Assembly: GCA_036005605.1 (NCBI GenBank)
Contig: DASYQJ010000236.1
Coordinates: 1 to 61,513 of the forward strand
From: Acidimicrobiia bacterium
Lineage (GTDB): Bacteria; Actinomycetota; Acidimicrobiia; IMCC26256; JACDBD01
Reading direction: 5' to 3'
Length of the DNA stretch: 61,513 bases
Under the pieces are notes generated by a model, which worked only from the letters and a program-made list of their open reading frames with translations, searched no databases and was not told where the DNA came from. Position numbers and translations under genes: made by a program. Shown one piece after another: positions 1-9,101 of the stretch; positions within the stretch are counted from its first letter, which is position 1; every line of letters starts with the position of its first letter.

Positions 1-87
1 GGCATCCGGGTATCGGAGGAGGACGAGGACACCGGGCTCGACCTCTCCCAGCACTCGGAGACCGGTTACGCGCTCGAGCGCGTGTGA
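1..87 (+). CDS. amt: ammonium transporter, C-terminal fragment (5' end lies outside the window)
   Basis: Frame 1 reads GIRVSEEDEDTGLDLSQHSETGYALERV*, the acidic C-terminal tail typical of Amt/AmtB. It sits directly upstream of a PII gene, matching the classical amt-glnK-glnD order. Confidence 0.7.
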   Translation, partial: GIRVSEEDEDTGLDLSQHSETGYALERV

Positions 88-459
<372 letters not shown>

Positions 460-460
460 C

Positions 461-2857
461 CCGGTCGTCGCCTCCGAGCTGCGGACGGCGCGTGATCGTC
501 TCATCGGTGATCGCAGCCGCCGCGGGGCGGAGTTCGGGCGCGCGCTCGCGGAGCTGCTCGACGGCGCACTGACGCGATCGCTCGCCTCCGCTGCCGAAGC
601 CGTCGAAGGACGGCTGTCGCTGGCGGCGGTCGGCTCCTACGGCCGAGCCGAGCTGAGCCCGGGCTCGGATGTCGACGTGGTGTTGCTGCACGACGGCCAC
701 ACGAACGTGGCCGAGGTCGTCGACCGCCTCTGGTACCCGCTCTGGGACGCCGGGTTCGTGGTCGGCCATGCGATCAACACCGTGAAGGAGGAGGTCGCGC
801 TGGCCGAGCGTGACCTGCACGCGCTCACCGCGTGGCTGGACGCCCGCCACGTCGCGGGCGATTCCGAGCTGTTCGCCGACGGCGTCGCGCGCATCCGCCG
901 GCTCGCACAGCGGCGCCGCGCCCGGCTCGTCGACGACCTGCGCTCGGCCGCCGAGGTCCGGCGCGAGAAGTTCGGGCTCGTCGCCGAGATGCTCGAACCC
1001 AACCTCAAGGACGGCAGCGGCGGGTTGCGGGACGCCCAGTCGCTGTCGTGGGCGGGATGGACGCTCGGTGAGCCCGGCGGCTGGCAGGCGCTCGTCGAAC
1101 AGGGCTATCTCCGCGACGGCGATCCCGGCCGCCTGGCCGCGGCGATCGGGCGCCTGCTCGACGTTCGCGTCGCGCTGCACCGGGTCACGGGCAGCCGGTC
1201 CGACGTGCTGACGCTCCAGGAGCAGGATGCGATCGCCGTCGAGACCGGCGCCGCGGACGCCGACGCCCTCGTGCGCGACCTGGCGGGCGCGGCGCGCGCG
1301 ATCGCGTGGCTCGTGGCGGACGTCTTCGCCCGGCTCGAGGCGACCGAGCGCGGGCCGGGTGGGCGCGCCTCGCGGCGCGACCGCGACCTCGGCGGAGGCG
1401 TCGTCGTACGCGACGGGCGCGTCGCGTTCTCCGCCGATGCTCTCGTCGACGCGACACTCGTCCTGCGGGCGGCCGCCGCCGCGGCGGAGCTGGGCGCGTC
1501 GTTCGACCGCGCATCGCTCGAGCGTTCGAAGGAGATCGGCGTCGTCGAGTGGGACGCCGAGGCCCGCGATGCCTTCGTGTCCCTCCTGCGCGCCGGGCGC
1601 GGCGCGGTGCCGGTGTTCGAGGCGCTGGACCAGGCCGGCGCGCTGACGCTCCTGCTGCCCGAGTGGGATCGCATTCGGTCGCTCCCGCAGCGCAACGCGT
1701 ATCACCGCTTCACCGTCGACCGGCACCTGCTCGAAGCGGTCGCGGAGTGCGCGGCGCTGCTCGACGACGATGGGTTCGACGGCGAGGTGGCGCGCCGCGC
1801 CCGCGCTGACCTGCTGCTCCTCGCCGCCCTCCTCCACGATCTCGGGAAGGGGATGGAGGGCGACCACTCGGTGGTCGGCGCCGAGGCCGCCGTGGAGCTC
1901 GCTCGTCGCATCGGCGTCGACGAGCCCGGCGTCGCCACGCTCGACTGGCTCGTGCGCCACCACCTGGTGCTCGCCGAGACCGCCACCCGGCGCGACCTGT
2001 CGGAAGAGGCGACGATCACCCGCTTCGGGCGTCTCGTGGGCACCTCCGAGCGGCTCGACCTGCTCTACGCGCTGACCGTCGGCGACTCGCAGGCCACCGG
2101 TCCCGCCGCCTGGGGGCCGACGAAGGCGGCGCTCATCCGCGAGCTGTTCGCGAAGACCGACAGCCTGTTCGAGCTGGGCGTCGTCGGTCCCGGACTGGAC
2201 GCGCACCGTCGCGACACTCTCGAGCGCCATCGCGCGCTGCTGGCCCGACGGGAGCTGGCGATCGACTGGAGCGACCGCGACGACGGCCTGCTCGAATGCG
2301 CCGTCGCCGCCCCGGACCGCACCGGGCTGCTGGCGCAAGTCGCCGGCGTGCTGGCGCTGTTCGGCTTCGACATCCGTGACGCGGCCGGTTACATCGCCGA
2401 CGGCATGGCGCTCGAGGTGTTCGACGGCGCCGACCACTACGGCCGGCTGGCCGAACAGGCGGGTCGCGACGCGGTCATAAACGTGTTGCGCAGCGTGTTG
2501 ACCGGCGAGCTGCCGCTCGCCGAGCAGCTGCGCGCCCGCATCCGTCGCTACCGGATCCCCGACCCGGGCGACGTGGCTGTGGTCGTCGACCAGGATGCAT
2601 CCCCCACGGCGACCGTCGTCGAGGTCCACGCCCCCGATCACGTCGGCCTGCTCGCGCAGGTGGCGTCGACGTTCGCCGACCTCGACGTCGACGTCCGCAC
2701 CGCGAAGGTCTCGACGTTGGGGGAGCGCGTCGTCGACGTCTTCTACGTGCACGACGCCGCCGGCGACAAGATCCTCAAGAAACTCACGCTCGATCAGCTC
2801 AAGGCGACGCTGATCGCGCGGCTGACGAGCGAGTACTGGCTGCCCGAGCCGACCTGA
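461..2857 (+). CDS. glnD: [protein-PII] uridylyl/adenylyl-transferase GlnD (start codon unresolved)
   Basis: It contains a nucleotidyltransferase motif (GSYGRAELSPGSDVDVVLL), an HD domain (HDLGKG) and two C-terminal ACT-like repeats. The stop is at 2855-2857. No ATG, GTG or TTG exists in frame between the glnK stop and the NTase motif (see finding). Confidence 0.85.
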   Translation, partial: PVVASELRTARDRLIGDRSRRGAEFGRALAELLDGALTRSLASAAEAVEGRLSLAAVGSYGRAELSPGSDVDVVLLHDGHTNVAEVVDRLWYPLWDAGFVVGHAINTVKEEVALAERDLHALTAWLDARHVAGDSELFADGVARIRRLAQRRRARLVDDLRSAAEVRREKFGLVAEMLEPNLKDGSGGLRDAQSLSWAGWTLGEPGGWQALVEQGYLRDGDPGRLAAAIGRLLDVRVALHRVTGSRSDVLTLQEQDAIAVETGAADADALVRDLAGAARAIAWLVADVFARLEATERGPGGRASRRDRDLGGGVVVRDGRVAFSADALVDATLVLRAAAAAAELGASFDRASLERSKEIGVVEWDAEARDAFVSLLRAGRGAVPVFEALDQAGALTLLLPEWDRIRSLPQRNAYHRFTVDRHLLEAVAECAALLDDDGFDGEVARRARADLLLLAALLHDLGKGMEGDHSVVGAEAAVELARRIGVDEPGVATLDWLVRHHLVLAETATRRDLSEEATITRFGRLVGTSERLDLLYALTVGDSQATGPAAWGPTKAALIRELFAKTDSLFELGVVGPGLDAHRRDTLERHRALLARRELAIDWSDRDDGLLECAVAAPDRTGLLAQVAGVLALFGFDIRDAAGYIADGMALEVFDGADHYGRLAEQAGRDAVINVLRSVLTGELPLAEQLRARIRRYRIPDPGDVAVVVDQDASPTATVVEVHAPDHVGLLAQVASTFADLDVDVRTAKVSTLGERVVDVFYVHDAAGDKILKKLTLDQLKATLIARLTSEYWLPEPT

Positions 2858-2874
2858 GGCTCGCCCTAGGCTCC

Positions 2875-2938
2875 GCGGCAACGGCGGCTTTGCCGACCGT
2901 TGCCGCAAAGCTGGAGCTTGCGACGGCGACGAAAGGAG
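2875..2938 (+). promoter_or_regulatory. conserved hairpin+SD leader element, copy A
   Basis: P1 hairpin is GCGGCAACGG-CGGC-TTT-GCCG-A-CCGTTGCCGC (2875-2906). P2 is AAGC-TGGA-GCTT (2908-2919). A GCGACGGCGACG box is followed by the SD AAAGGAG (2932-2938). It aligns base for base with 6433-6495 and 32967-33029. Confidence 0.7.
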
Positions 2939-2943
2939 TGGCC

Positions 2944-3624
2944 GTGGCTGAACCGGACCCGATCTCTGCCGCCGACCTCTTGCGTTGGGCAGAGTCGCTG
3001 AGCGGCATCGCGCGCACTGGCCTCGGGTTCACGCAGAGCCTCTACGAGAAGGAGCGCTTTCAGGAGGTGCTGAAGGTCGCGGCCGATATTCGAGCAGCGG
3101 CGCTCGAAGAGGCCGAGAGCGACGCCCTGTTCGAGGAATGGCTGGCGTCGGTGGGCGACGGGGTCGCCGGTTATGTGACACCGAAGGTGGCGGTTGCCGC
3201 CGTGGTCGGCAACGAGGCCGGTGAGATCCTTCTTACGCAGCGGGCCGACTCCGGAGTGTGGCTGTACCCCGTCGGCTGGGCCGATGTCGGGTATTCGCCG
3301 TCGGAGGTCGCGGTGAAGGAGGTCTACGAGGAGACGGGCATCGAGGTCGAGCCCGTGTCGCTCATCGCCGTGTTCGACGGCTTGCGCCTCGGCTTCGCGC
3401 GCGTTCCGCTCTACTCGCTCGTGTTCCATTGCCGGATGCTCGGTGGCGAGCTGCAGGGCCATCCGCTCGAGACACGGCGAGTCGGCTTCTTCGCCCGGGA
3501 TCAGCTGCCCGAGCCGCTCGCCGGGGGCGCCCGGTGGGTCGACACCGCGTTCGCCGCCATCGAGGGCGAGACTCGTCCCGCCGACTTCGATCAGCCCCGC
3601 ACGCCTCCCTGGCGTGGCACCTGA
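2944..3624 (+). CDS. NUDIX hydrolase with an N-terminal Nudix_N-type domain
   Basis: Nudix box GWADVGYSPSEVAVKEVYEETGIEV. I chose the GTG at 2944, which lies 5 nt after the AAAGGAG SD. An in-frame GTG at 2938 is an alternative start. Confidence 0.85.
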   Translation: MAEPDPISAADLLRWAESLSGIARTGLGFTQSLYEKERFQEVLKVAADIRAAALEEAESDALFEEWLASVGDGVAGYVTPKVAVAAVVGNEAGEILLTQRADSGVWLYPVGWADVGYSPSEVAVKEVYEETGIEVEPVSLIAVFDGLRLGFARVPLYSLVFHCRMLGGELQGHPLETRRVGFFARDQLPEPLAGGARWVDTAFAAIEGETRPADFDQPRTPPWRGT

Positions 3625-3626
3625 GC

Positions 3627-3675
3627 GTTTTGGCGCCGCCTACGTACCCACGAGGTATGTGCACGGCGCCAAAAC
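3627..3675. terminator. long palindromic hairpin between convergent genes (NUDIX / pyrE)
   Basis: GTTTTGGCGCCG (3627-3638) pairs with CGGCGCCAAAAC (3664-3675). An inner stem ACGTACC/GGTATGT extends it. There is no separate U-tract, so this is an actinobacterial I-shaped terminator type. Confidence 0.55.
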
Positions 3676-3687
3676 AAGCAAGAAGGG

Positions 3688-4215
3688 TCAGCCAGCGGCG
3701 TCTTCGAGCTCGCGCATCGTGTACAGCGCGCGCAGCTCGACGTCGACCTCGGCCAGGTTCTTCGCGCCGCCCGCCTCACGGTCGATGACGCACACGGCGT
3801 GCTCGACGAGGGCGCCCCGCTCGCGCAGATCACCGCACGACGTCACGACCTGCCCGCCCGACGTCACGACGTCCTCGACCACCGTGAGACGACGTCCGTC
3901 GAGCTCGCCGCCCTCGGCGAGGCGGCAGGTCCCGTAGGTCTTCGCCTCCTTGCGCACGAACATCGCCGGCAACCCGGTCAGCTGCGAGAGCATCGTCGCC
4001 AGCGGCACGCCGCCGAGTTCCAGCCCGGCCAGCGCGTCCGTGGCGGGCGGGAGCAGCGGCACCAGCGCCTCGCCGATCGATCGCAACAGCCACGGATCAG
4101 CCTCGAACAGGTACTTGTCGAAGTACTCGTCGCTGATCGCGCCCGAGCGCAGGCGGAACTCGCCTGTGAGGTGCGTCCGCCGGTAGACGGTCCGAGCCAG
4201 CTCGTCGCGGTTCAT
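3688..4215 (-). CDS. pyrE: orotate phosphoribosyltransferase
   Basis: 175 aa starting MNRDELARTVYRRTHLTGEFRLRSGAISDEYFDKY. The PRPP-binding motif is LTVVEDVVTSGGQ. The upstream part of track ORF 3688-4491 is Arg/Pro/Ser-rich junk. Confidence 0.9.
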   Translation of the reverse strand: MNRDELARTVYRRTHLTGEFRLRSGAISDEYFDKYLFEADPWLLRSIGEALVPLLPPATDALAGLELGGVPLATMLSQLTGLPAMFVRKEAKTYGTCRLAEGGELDGRRLTVVEDVVTSGGQVVTSCGDLRERGALVEHAVCVIDREAGGAKNLAEVDVELRALYTMRELEDAAG

Positions 4216-4240
4216 CGACGCGAGCTTGACACGCCGCGCA

Positions 4241-4747
4241 TCAGACGCGGAGCTCCTCGAGAAGGAGGCCGACGATCGACACGTCGCCGCGCGCCCGCTC
4301 CCACGTCTCGCCGACCCGATCGTGGTCGACGAGTCCGGCGGCGTCGGGCGGCCGGCCGATCGCGGCGGTCGCGGCCTGGGCGAGAGTGGCCGGCTCGACC
4401 TCGTCGCCGTAGGCGGCGAACGCCTCGAGCCCCTCCCACAGCGACTCGACGGCGCGGACCTCTTCGCCCAGCGCGAGCGCGCCCGGGTCACCGCCGGCGC
4501 GCAGCTGCGCGACGACGCGTTCCCACAGGTCGTAGTGCGAGAGCTCGGCGGGCGGCCGGTACGAGGCGACCGGGTGCAACCGCCACTCCAGGGCGGCGCC
4601 GCCCGGCCCGTTGTCGAGGAGCCACGTCTGCGAGCCGTTCACGTAGCTGTCGACCGGCGGCCCGAAGTGCTCGTCGAGCGCGAGGACGAGCTCGGGAGAC
4701 GAACGCCAGACCGCGCTCGCGGTGCGCATCGACGGCGAACCTAACAT
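4241..4747 (-). CDS. hypothetical protein
   Basis: 168-aa ORF with balanced composition, co-directional with and 25 nt upstream of pyrE. I recognise no family. An alternative start is the ATG at 4729. Confidence 0.5.
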   Translation of the reverse strand: MLGSPSMRTASAVWRSSPELVLALDEHFGPPVDSYVNGSQTWLLDNGPGGAALEWRLHPVASYRPPAELSHYDLWERVVAQLRAGGDPGALALGEEVRAVESLWEGLEAFAAYGDEVEPATLAQAATAAIGRPPDAAGLVDHDRVGETWERARGDVSIVGLLLEELRV

Positions 4748-4755
4748 CTGCCCTC

Positions 4756-4956
4756 ATGCGCGGATCTCGACTCCTGACGATCTTCGCCGCCTCCGCCGTC
4801 GCGCTCGCTGCCGTCGCCGGAACAGCGTGCGGCGGAAGCGACGACGACCACAGCTCCCTGAGCAAGTCCTCGTTCGCGAAGCGGGCGAACGCGCTGTGCT
4901 CGAAGGCGCGGAACTCCTTGAAACCAACGACATCGCTAGGCTCGCCGCATGACTGA
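4756..4956 (+). CDS. small putative secreted protein or lipoprotein (66 aa)
   Basis: MRGSRLLTIFAASAVALAAVAGTAC-GGSDDD is a signal-peptide-like N-terminus with a Cys after the hydrophobic core. It overlaps the amidase start by 8 nt. Short and unverified. Confidence 0.35.
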   Translation: MRGSRLLTIFAASAVALAAVAGTACGGSDDDHSSLSKSSFAKRANALCSKARNSLKPTTSLGSPHD

Positions 4957-6382
4957 ATTGTGGGAGCACGATGCGTGGGAGCTCGCCGATCGCGTCCGTG
5001 CCGGTGAGCTGAGCGCCCGGAACATGCTGGAGCTCTCGCTGGCGCGGATCGAGCGTCTCGATCCGAGGCTCAACGCCGTGTGCTTCCTCGACCCGGATCG
5101 GGCGTGGGCCGACGCCGAGCGCGTCGACCAGCGCGTCGCCGCCGGCGACGACCCGGGCCCGTTCGCCGGTATCCCCATGGGTGTCAAGGAGCTCGCCCAG
5201 GTGCAGGGTTGGCCCGACACGAACGCGTCGGTGCCGTACGCCGAAGCCGGCGCCGTCGCCGAGTTCGACTGCGCCGAAGTGGCGCGCCTGCGCGAAGCCG
5301 GCGCCGTGCTCGTCGGGCTCACCACCGCGCCCGAGCACGGCGTGGTCAGCTACACCGCCAGCAGGCTGCACGGCGTGACCCGCAACCCTTGGAACCTGGA
5401 GCGCACACCCGGCGGCTCGTCGGGCGGGTCGGCGGCATCGGTGGCGGCCGGCGTGTTCCCCGCGTGCACCGGCAGCGACGGCGGCGGGTCGATCCGCATC
5501 CCGTCGTCGTACTCGGGCCTGTTCGGCATGAAGACCACGTTCGGGCTGCTCGGTGTGGGGCCAGAGCCGTTCAACTACTCGATGACGTCGGTGCACGGTC
5601 CGATCGTGCGGTCGGTGCGCGACGCCGCCCGCTATCTGGACGCGACGGCCGGCCCCACACCCACCGACCCGACATCGCTCCCGGCACCGCCGGTCCCGTT
5701 CGAGGATCTCGTCGCATCTGGCGAGGCAACCGAACGTCTCCGGGGGAAGCGCGCCGCGTGGACGTCGACCCTCGGCTACGCGGGCACCGATCCCGAAGTC
5801 GAGAAGGTCGCGCACGACGCGGCGATGTCGCTCGTCGCCGAAGCAGGCCTCGAGCTCGTCGACATCCCCGTCGAGATGCCCAAGCCCGGCGTCGCATGGG
5901 GATTGTTGTCGTCGCTGAACACGGCCGCCTTCCATCTCGACTTCGAGAGCCAGCACCTCGACGAGCTCGACGAGGTGCACCGCGCCGGTGTCGAGCTGAT
6001 GATGAACCTCCGACCCGGCGGCTTGTACAAGGCGATCCGCCGTCGCCACGAGCTGATGGTCGCGTCGGCACGCATCTGGTCGGACATCGACGTGCTCCTC
6101 ACGCCGACGACGCCTACGACCGCCTTCCGGGCCGAGGGGACGCTCAGCGGCACCGTCGCGGGCCGCGAGGTGAACCTCATGGGCTTGTCGGCGGCGTTCA
6201 CGGCGCCGTTCAACATGACGGGCCAGCCGGCGGCGAGCATCCCCGTCGGGCTCGTCGACGGTCTACCCGCTGCGCTCCAGGTCGTGGCGGCCCGCCACGG
6301 CGACGACCTGTGCCTCGGTGCCGGCGCTCTCCTCGAGCGCCTGCGGCCGTGGCCGAAGTTCGCGCCGCTCGCGTACGAGTAA
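4949..6382 (+). CDS. amidase (amidase-signature family)
   Basis: 477 aa with the AS-family core GGSSGGSAASVAAG...GSDGGGSIRIPS. Confidence 0.9.
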   Translation: MTELWEHDAWELADRVRAGELSARNMLELSLARIERLDPRLNAVCFLDPDRAWADAERVDQRVAAGDDPGPFAGIPMGVKELAQVQGWPDTNASVPYAEAGAVAEFDCAEVARLREAGAVLVGLTTAPEHGVVSYTASRLHGVTRNPWNLERTPGGSSGGSAASVAAGVFPACTGSDGGGSIRIPSSYSGLFGMKTTFGLLGVGPEPFNYSMTSVHGPIVRSVRDAARYLDATAGPTPTDPTSLPAPPVPFEDLVASGEATERLRGKRAAWTSTLGYAGTDPEVEKVAHDAAMSLVAEAGLELVDIPVEMPKPGVAWGLLSSLNTAAFHLDFESQHLDELDEVHRAGVELMMNLRPGGLYKAIRRRHELMVASARIWSDIDVLLTPTTPTTAFRAEGTLSGTVAGREVNLMGLSAAFTAPFNMTGQPAASIPVGLVDGLPAALQVVAARHGDDLCLGAGALLERLRPWPKFAPLAYE

Positions 6383-6404
6383 GGGCGCTTGCCGGCCCGA
6401 AAGG

Positions 6405-6422
6405 CTTGACCGGGTGGTCAAG
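6405..6422 (+). terminator. 7-bp hairpin just after the amidase stop
   Basis: CTTGACC-gggt-GGTCAAG is a perfect inverted repeat 23 nt after the TAA. It has no U-tract. It could be a terminator or processing hairpin, or an operator. Confidence 0.3.
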
Positions 6423-6432
6423 TAACATCCAC

Positions 6433-6495
6433 GCGGCGACGACGGCTTTGCCGATCGTCGCCGCAGAGCCGGAGCTTGCGACGGCGCCAAGGAGG
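6433..6495 (+). promoter_or_regulatory. conserved hairpin+SD leader element, copy B
   Basis: P1 is GCGGCGACGA-CGGC-TTT-GCCG-A-TCGTCGCCGC (6433-6464). P2 is GAGC-CGGA-GCTT. The box GCGACGGCGCC precedes the SD AAGGAGG (6489-6495). A TTG start follows at 6500. Confidence 0.7.
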
Positions 6496-6499
6496 CAGA

Positions 6500-7741
6500 T
6501 TGACCGACGTCGCGCGTCGGCCGGGTGACCCCGACGGGGCATCCAGGCCGCCGAAGCCGAAGAAGCAGGAGCAGGAGCCGGCGAGCGAGGAGATCGTCGA
6601 GGTCGCCCCCGGCATCCTGCGCATGCAACTGCCGATCTGGATGCCCGGCCTCGGCCACGTGAACACGTACGGCCTCCTCGACGAGCGCGGCCTCGCCGTC
6701 GTCGACCCTGGGCTCCCCGGTCCGCAGTCGTGGAAGGCGCTCAAGACCCGGCTGAAGGCCGCCGGCTTCAAGCTGCGCGACATCCACACCGTCGTCGTCA
6801 CACACTCGCATCCCGACCACTTCGGCGGCGCCGGCCGCGTCGCTCGCGAAGCGCACGCGGAGCTGATCACGCACCGTGCGTTCACGACGTGGTCGCTCGA
6901 CCGCAAGACCCGCAAGCAGCAGGCACGCCTGTCGCGTCGCGAGGCCGAGCAGCTCGAGCGGGACGCCGCCGCCGTCGCCGAGAGCGTCGACGTGTCTCCC
7001 GACGAGCTCCCGACCGTCGCCGAGGTCGGCGACGACGACCGCGACCGCGAAACGGGCGACCCGCTGCTCGACGACCCGACCGTCGAGCGGCAACGCCAGT
7101 CCGTGCCCTGGGGCGGCGAGACGCCATGGGGCGGAAGCAAGCACCCGATGCCGCCGTTCCGCCGCCGGGTGATGATCCGCGCGTTGGGCATGCTGTTCAC
7201 GCCGCCCGACCCGACACGACGCGTCCGTCACGGCGAGCGCGTGCGACTCGCCGGGCGCGAGTGGATCTCGTTGCACACGCCGGGTCACACCCTCGACCAC
7301 CTGTGCCTCTACGACGAGGAGCACGGGATCCTCCTCGCCGGCGACCACGTGCTCCCGTCGATCACGCCCCACGTCTCGGGTGTGGGCAACGGCGCCGACG
7401 CGCTCCGCAGCTACATCGCCACTCTCGACCTCGTCGCCGACCTCCCGGGCGTACGCCTCGGGTTGCCCGCGCACGGGCATCCGTTCGACGACGTGCCCGG
7501 ACGCGTCGAGGCCATCAAACGCCACCACCAGGAGCGCATGGACCTCCTCGGCGCGGCGTCGGCGGCACTCGGCCCCGCCAGCGTGCAGGAGCTCTCACAC
7601 GAGCTGTTCCCGAAGAAGCACTGGGGCGTCATGGCCGAGAGCGAGACGTTCGCCCACCTCGAGCACCTCGTGCTCGAGGGGCGCGCGGAACGCCACCGCG
7701 AGGACGGCCGTCTCATCTACACGGTCGCTCCCGCTTCCTGA
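6500..7741 (+). CDS. MBL-fold metallo-hydrolase
   Basis: HxHxDH motif VVTHSHPDHFGG and later HTPGHTLDH. A charged insertion lies in the middle. I chose the TTG at 6500, which is 4 nt after AAGGAGG and in frame with track ORF 6476-7741. Confidence 0.85.
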   Translation: MTDVARRPGDPDGASRPPKPKKQEQEPASEEIVEVAPGILRMQLPIWMPGLGHVNTYGLLDERGLAVVDPGLPGPQSWKALKTRLKAAGFKLRDIHTVVVTHSHPDHFGGAGRVAREAHAELITHRAFTTWSLDRKTRKQQARLSRREAEQLERDAAAVAESVDVSPDELPTVAEVGDDDRDRETGDPLLDDPTVERQRQSVPWGGETPWGGSKHPMPPFRRRVMIRALGMLFTPPDPTRRVRHGERVRLAGREWISLHTPGHTLDHLCLYDEEHGILLAGDHVLPSITPHVSGVGNGADALRSYIATLDLVADLPGVRLGLPAHGHPFDDVPGRVEAIKRHHQERMDLLGAASAALGPASVQELSHELFPKKHWGVMAESETFAHLEHLVLEGRAERHREDGRLIYTVAPAS

Positions 7742-7760
7742 CCGGCCTAGGGTCGGGGTC

Positions 7761-9101
7761 GTGGCCACCAGAGCCGACGACCCCACTGCGGAGGCGACCG
7801 ATCTCCTACGCGACCTGATCCGCAACCAGTGCGTCAACGACGGCCGCGTCGAGTCGGGGCAGGAAACCAAGAGCGTCGACCTGCTCGGCAACTACCTCGA
7901 GGGCGCCGGCCTCGACCTGGAGCGCTACGAGCCCCAGCCCGGCCGCAGCAGCCTCGTCGCCCGCATCGAGGGGAGCGACCCGAAGGCGCCGTCGCTGCTC
8001 CTGATGGGGCACACCGACGTCGTACCGGTGAACCCGGACGGGTGGAGTCGCGATCCGTTCGGCGCCGAGATCGTCGACGGGTTCATCTGGGGGCGCGGCG
8101 CAGTCGACATGCTCAACGAGACCGCCACGATGGCGCTCGCTTTCCGGCGGCTCGCCGACTCCGGCTTCAAACCGCGTGGCACGCTCACCTACCTCGCCGT
8201 CGCCGACGAGGAGGCGCTGGGCACGTGGGGCGCCAAGTGGCTGGTAGAGAACGAGCGCGACGCCGTGTACGCCGACTACGTGCTGACCGAATCGGGCGGC
8301 TTCCAGATCCCCACCCCCGGCGGCGCCCGCCTCCCCGTGATGGTCGACGAGAAGGGGACGTACTGGTCGAAGCTCACCGTGAAAGGCACGCCTGGGCACG
8401 CGTCGCAACCCTTCCGCACCGACAACGCCGTGGTCACCGCGGCCGAGGTCGTCCGACGCCTGCACGAGTACCGGCCCCCGACGCGGATCCACGACACATG
8501 GCGCGGGTTCGTCGAGGGCATGGAGTACCCGCCCGAGTTCCGCGACGCGCTTCTCAAGGACGACGAGCTGCGCGACTTCGCCGGCACCCTGCCGCTCGGC
8601 CTGTCACGAGTCGTGTACTCGTGCACGCACACGACGTTCGCGCCAACCGTCATCCACGGGGGCACGAAGACGAACGTGATCCCGGACCAGGTCGACATCC
8701 AGGTCGACATCCGCACGCTCCCCGGTGAAACCGAGGAGGACGTCCACCACCATTTGCGGGAGGCGCTCGGCGACCTGTACGTCACCGTCGAGATCGAGGG
8801 GAATGACGATCCGTCGACGGCGTCGCCGATCGACACCCCGTTGTGGGACACGCTCTCGACGGTCAGCGGACGGCTCGTCGAGGGGTCGGCGCTCGTGCCT
8901 TTCGTGATGGTCGGCGGGACCGACAACCGGTTCTTCCGCCGCGCCGGCTCGGTCGGCTACGGCTTCGGCTTGTTCAGCCGGCGCCTCACGTTCGAGGATT
9001 ACGCCACGATGTTCCACGGCAACGACGAGCGCATCGACCAGGAATCGCTCGGCTTGTGCACCGCGCTGTGGGAAGAAGTCGCGAAGGAGCTGCTCGCCTA
9101 G
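7761..9101 (+). CDS. M20/M25/M40 family metallopeptidase
   Basis: LLLMGHTDVVPV...WSRDPFGAEIVDGFIWGRGAVDMLNE is the typical M20 metal-binding and catalytic region. GTG start at 7761, in frame with track ORF 7380-9101. Confidence 0.9.
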   Translation: MATRADDPTAEATDLLRDLIRNQCVNDGRVESGQETKSVDLLGNYLEGAGLDLERYEPQPGRSSLVARIEGSDPKAPSLLLMGHTDVVPVNPDGWSRDPFGAEIVDGFIWGRGAVDMLNETATMALAFRRLADSGFKPRGTLTYLAVADEEALGTWGAKWLVENERDAVYADYVLTESGGFQIPTPGGARLPVMVDEKGTYWSKLTVKGTPGHASQPFRTDNAVVTAAEVVRRLHEYRPPTRIHDTWRGFVEGMEYPPEFRDALLKDDELRDFAGTLPLGLSRVVYSCTHTTFAPTVIHGGTKTNVIPDQVDIQVDIRTLPGETEEDVHHHLREALGDLYVTVEIEGNDDPSTASPIDTPLWDTLSTVSGRLVEGSALVPFVMVGGTDNRFFRRAGSVGYGFGLFSRRLTFEDYATMFHGNDERIDQESLGLCTALWEEVAKELLA

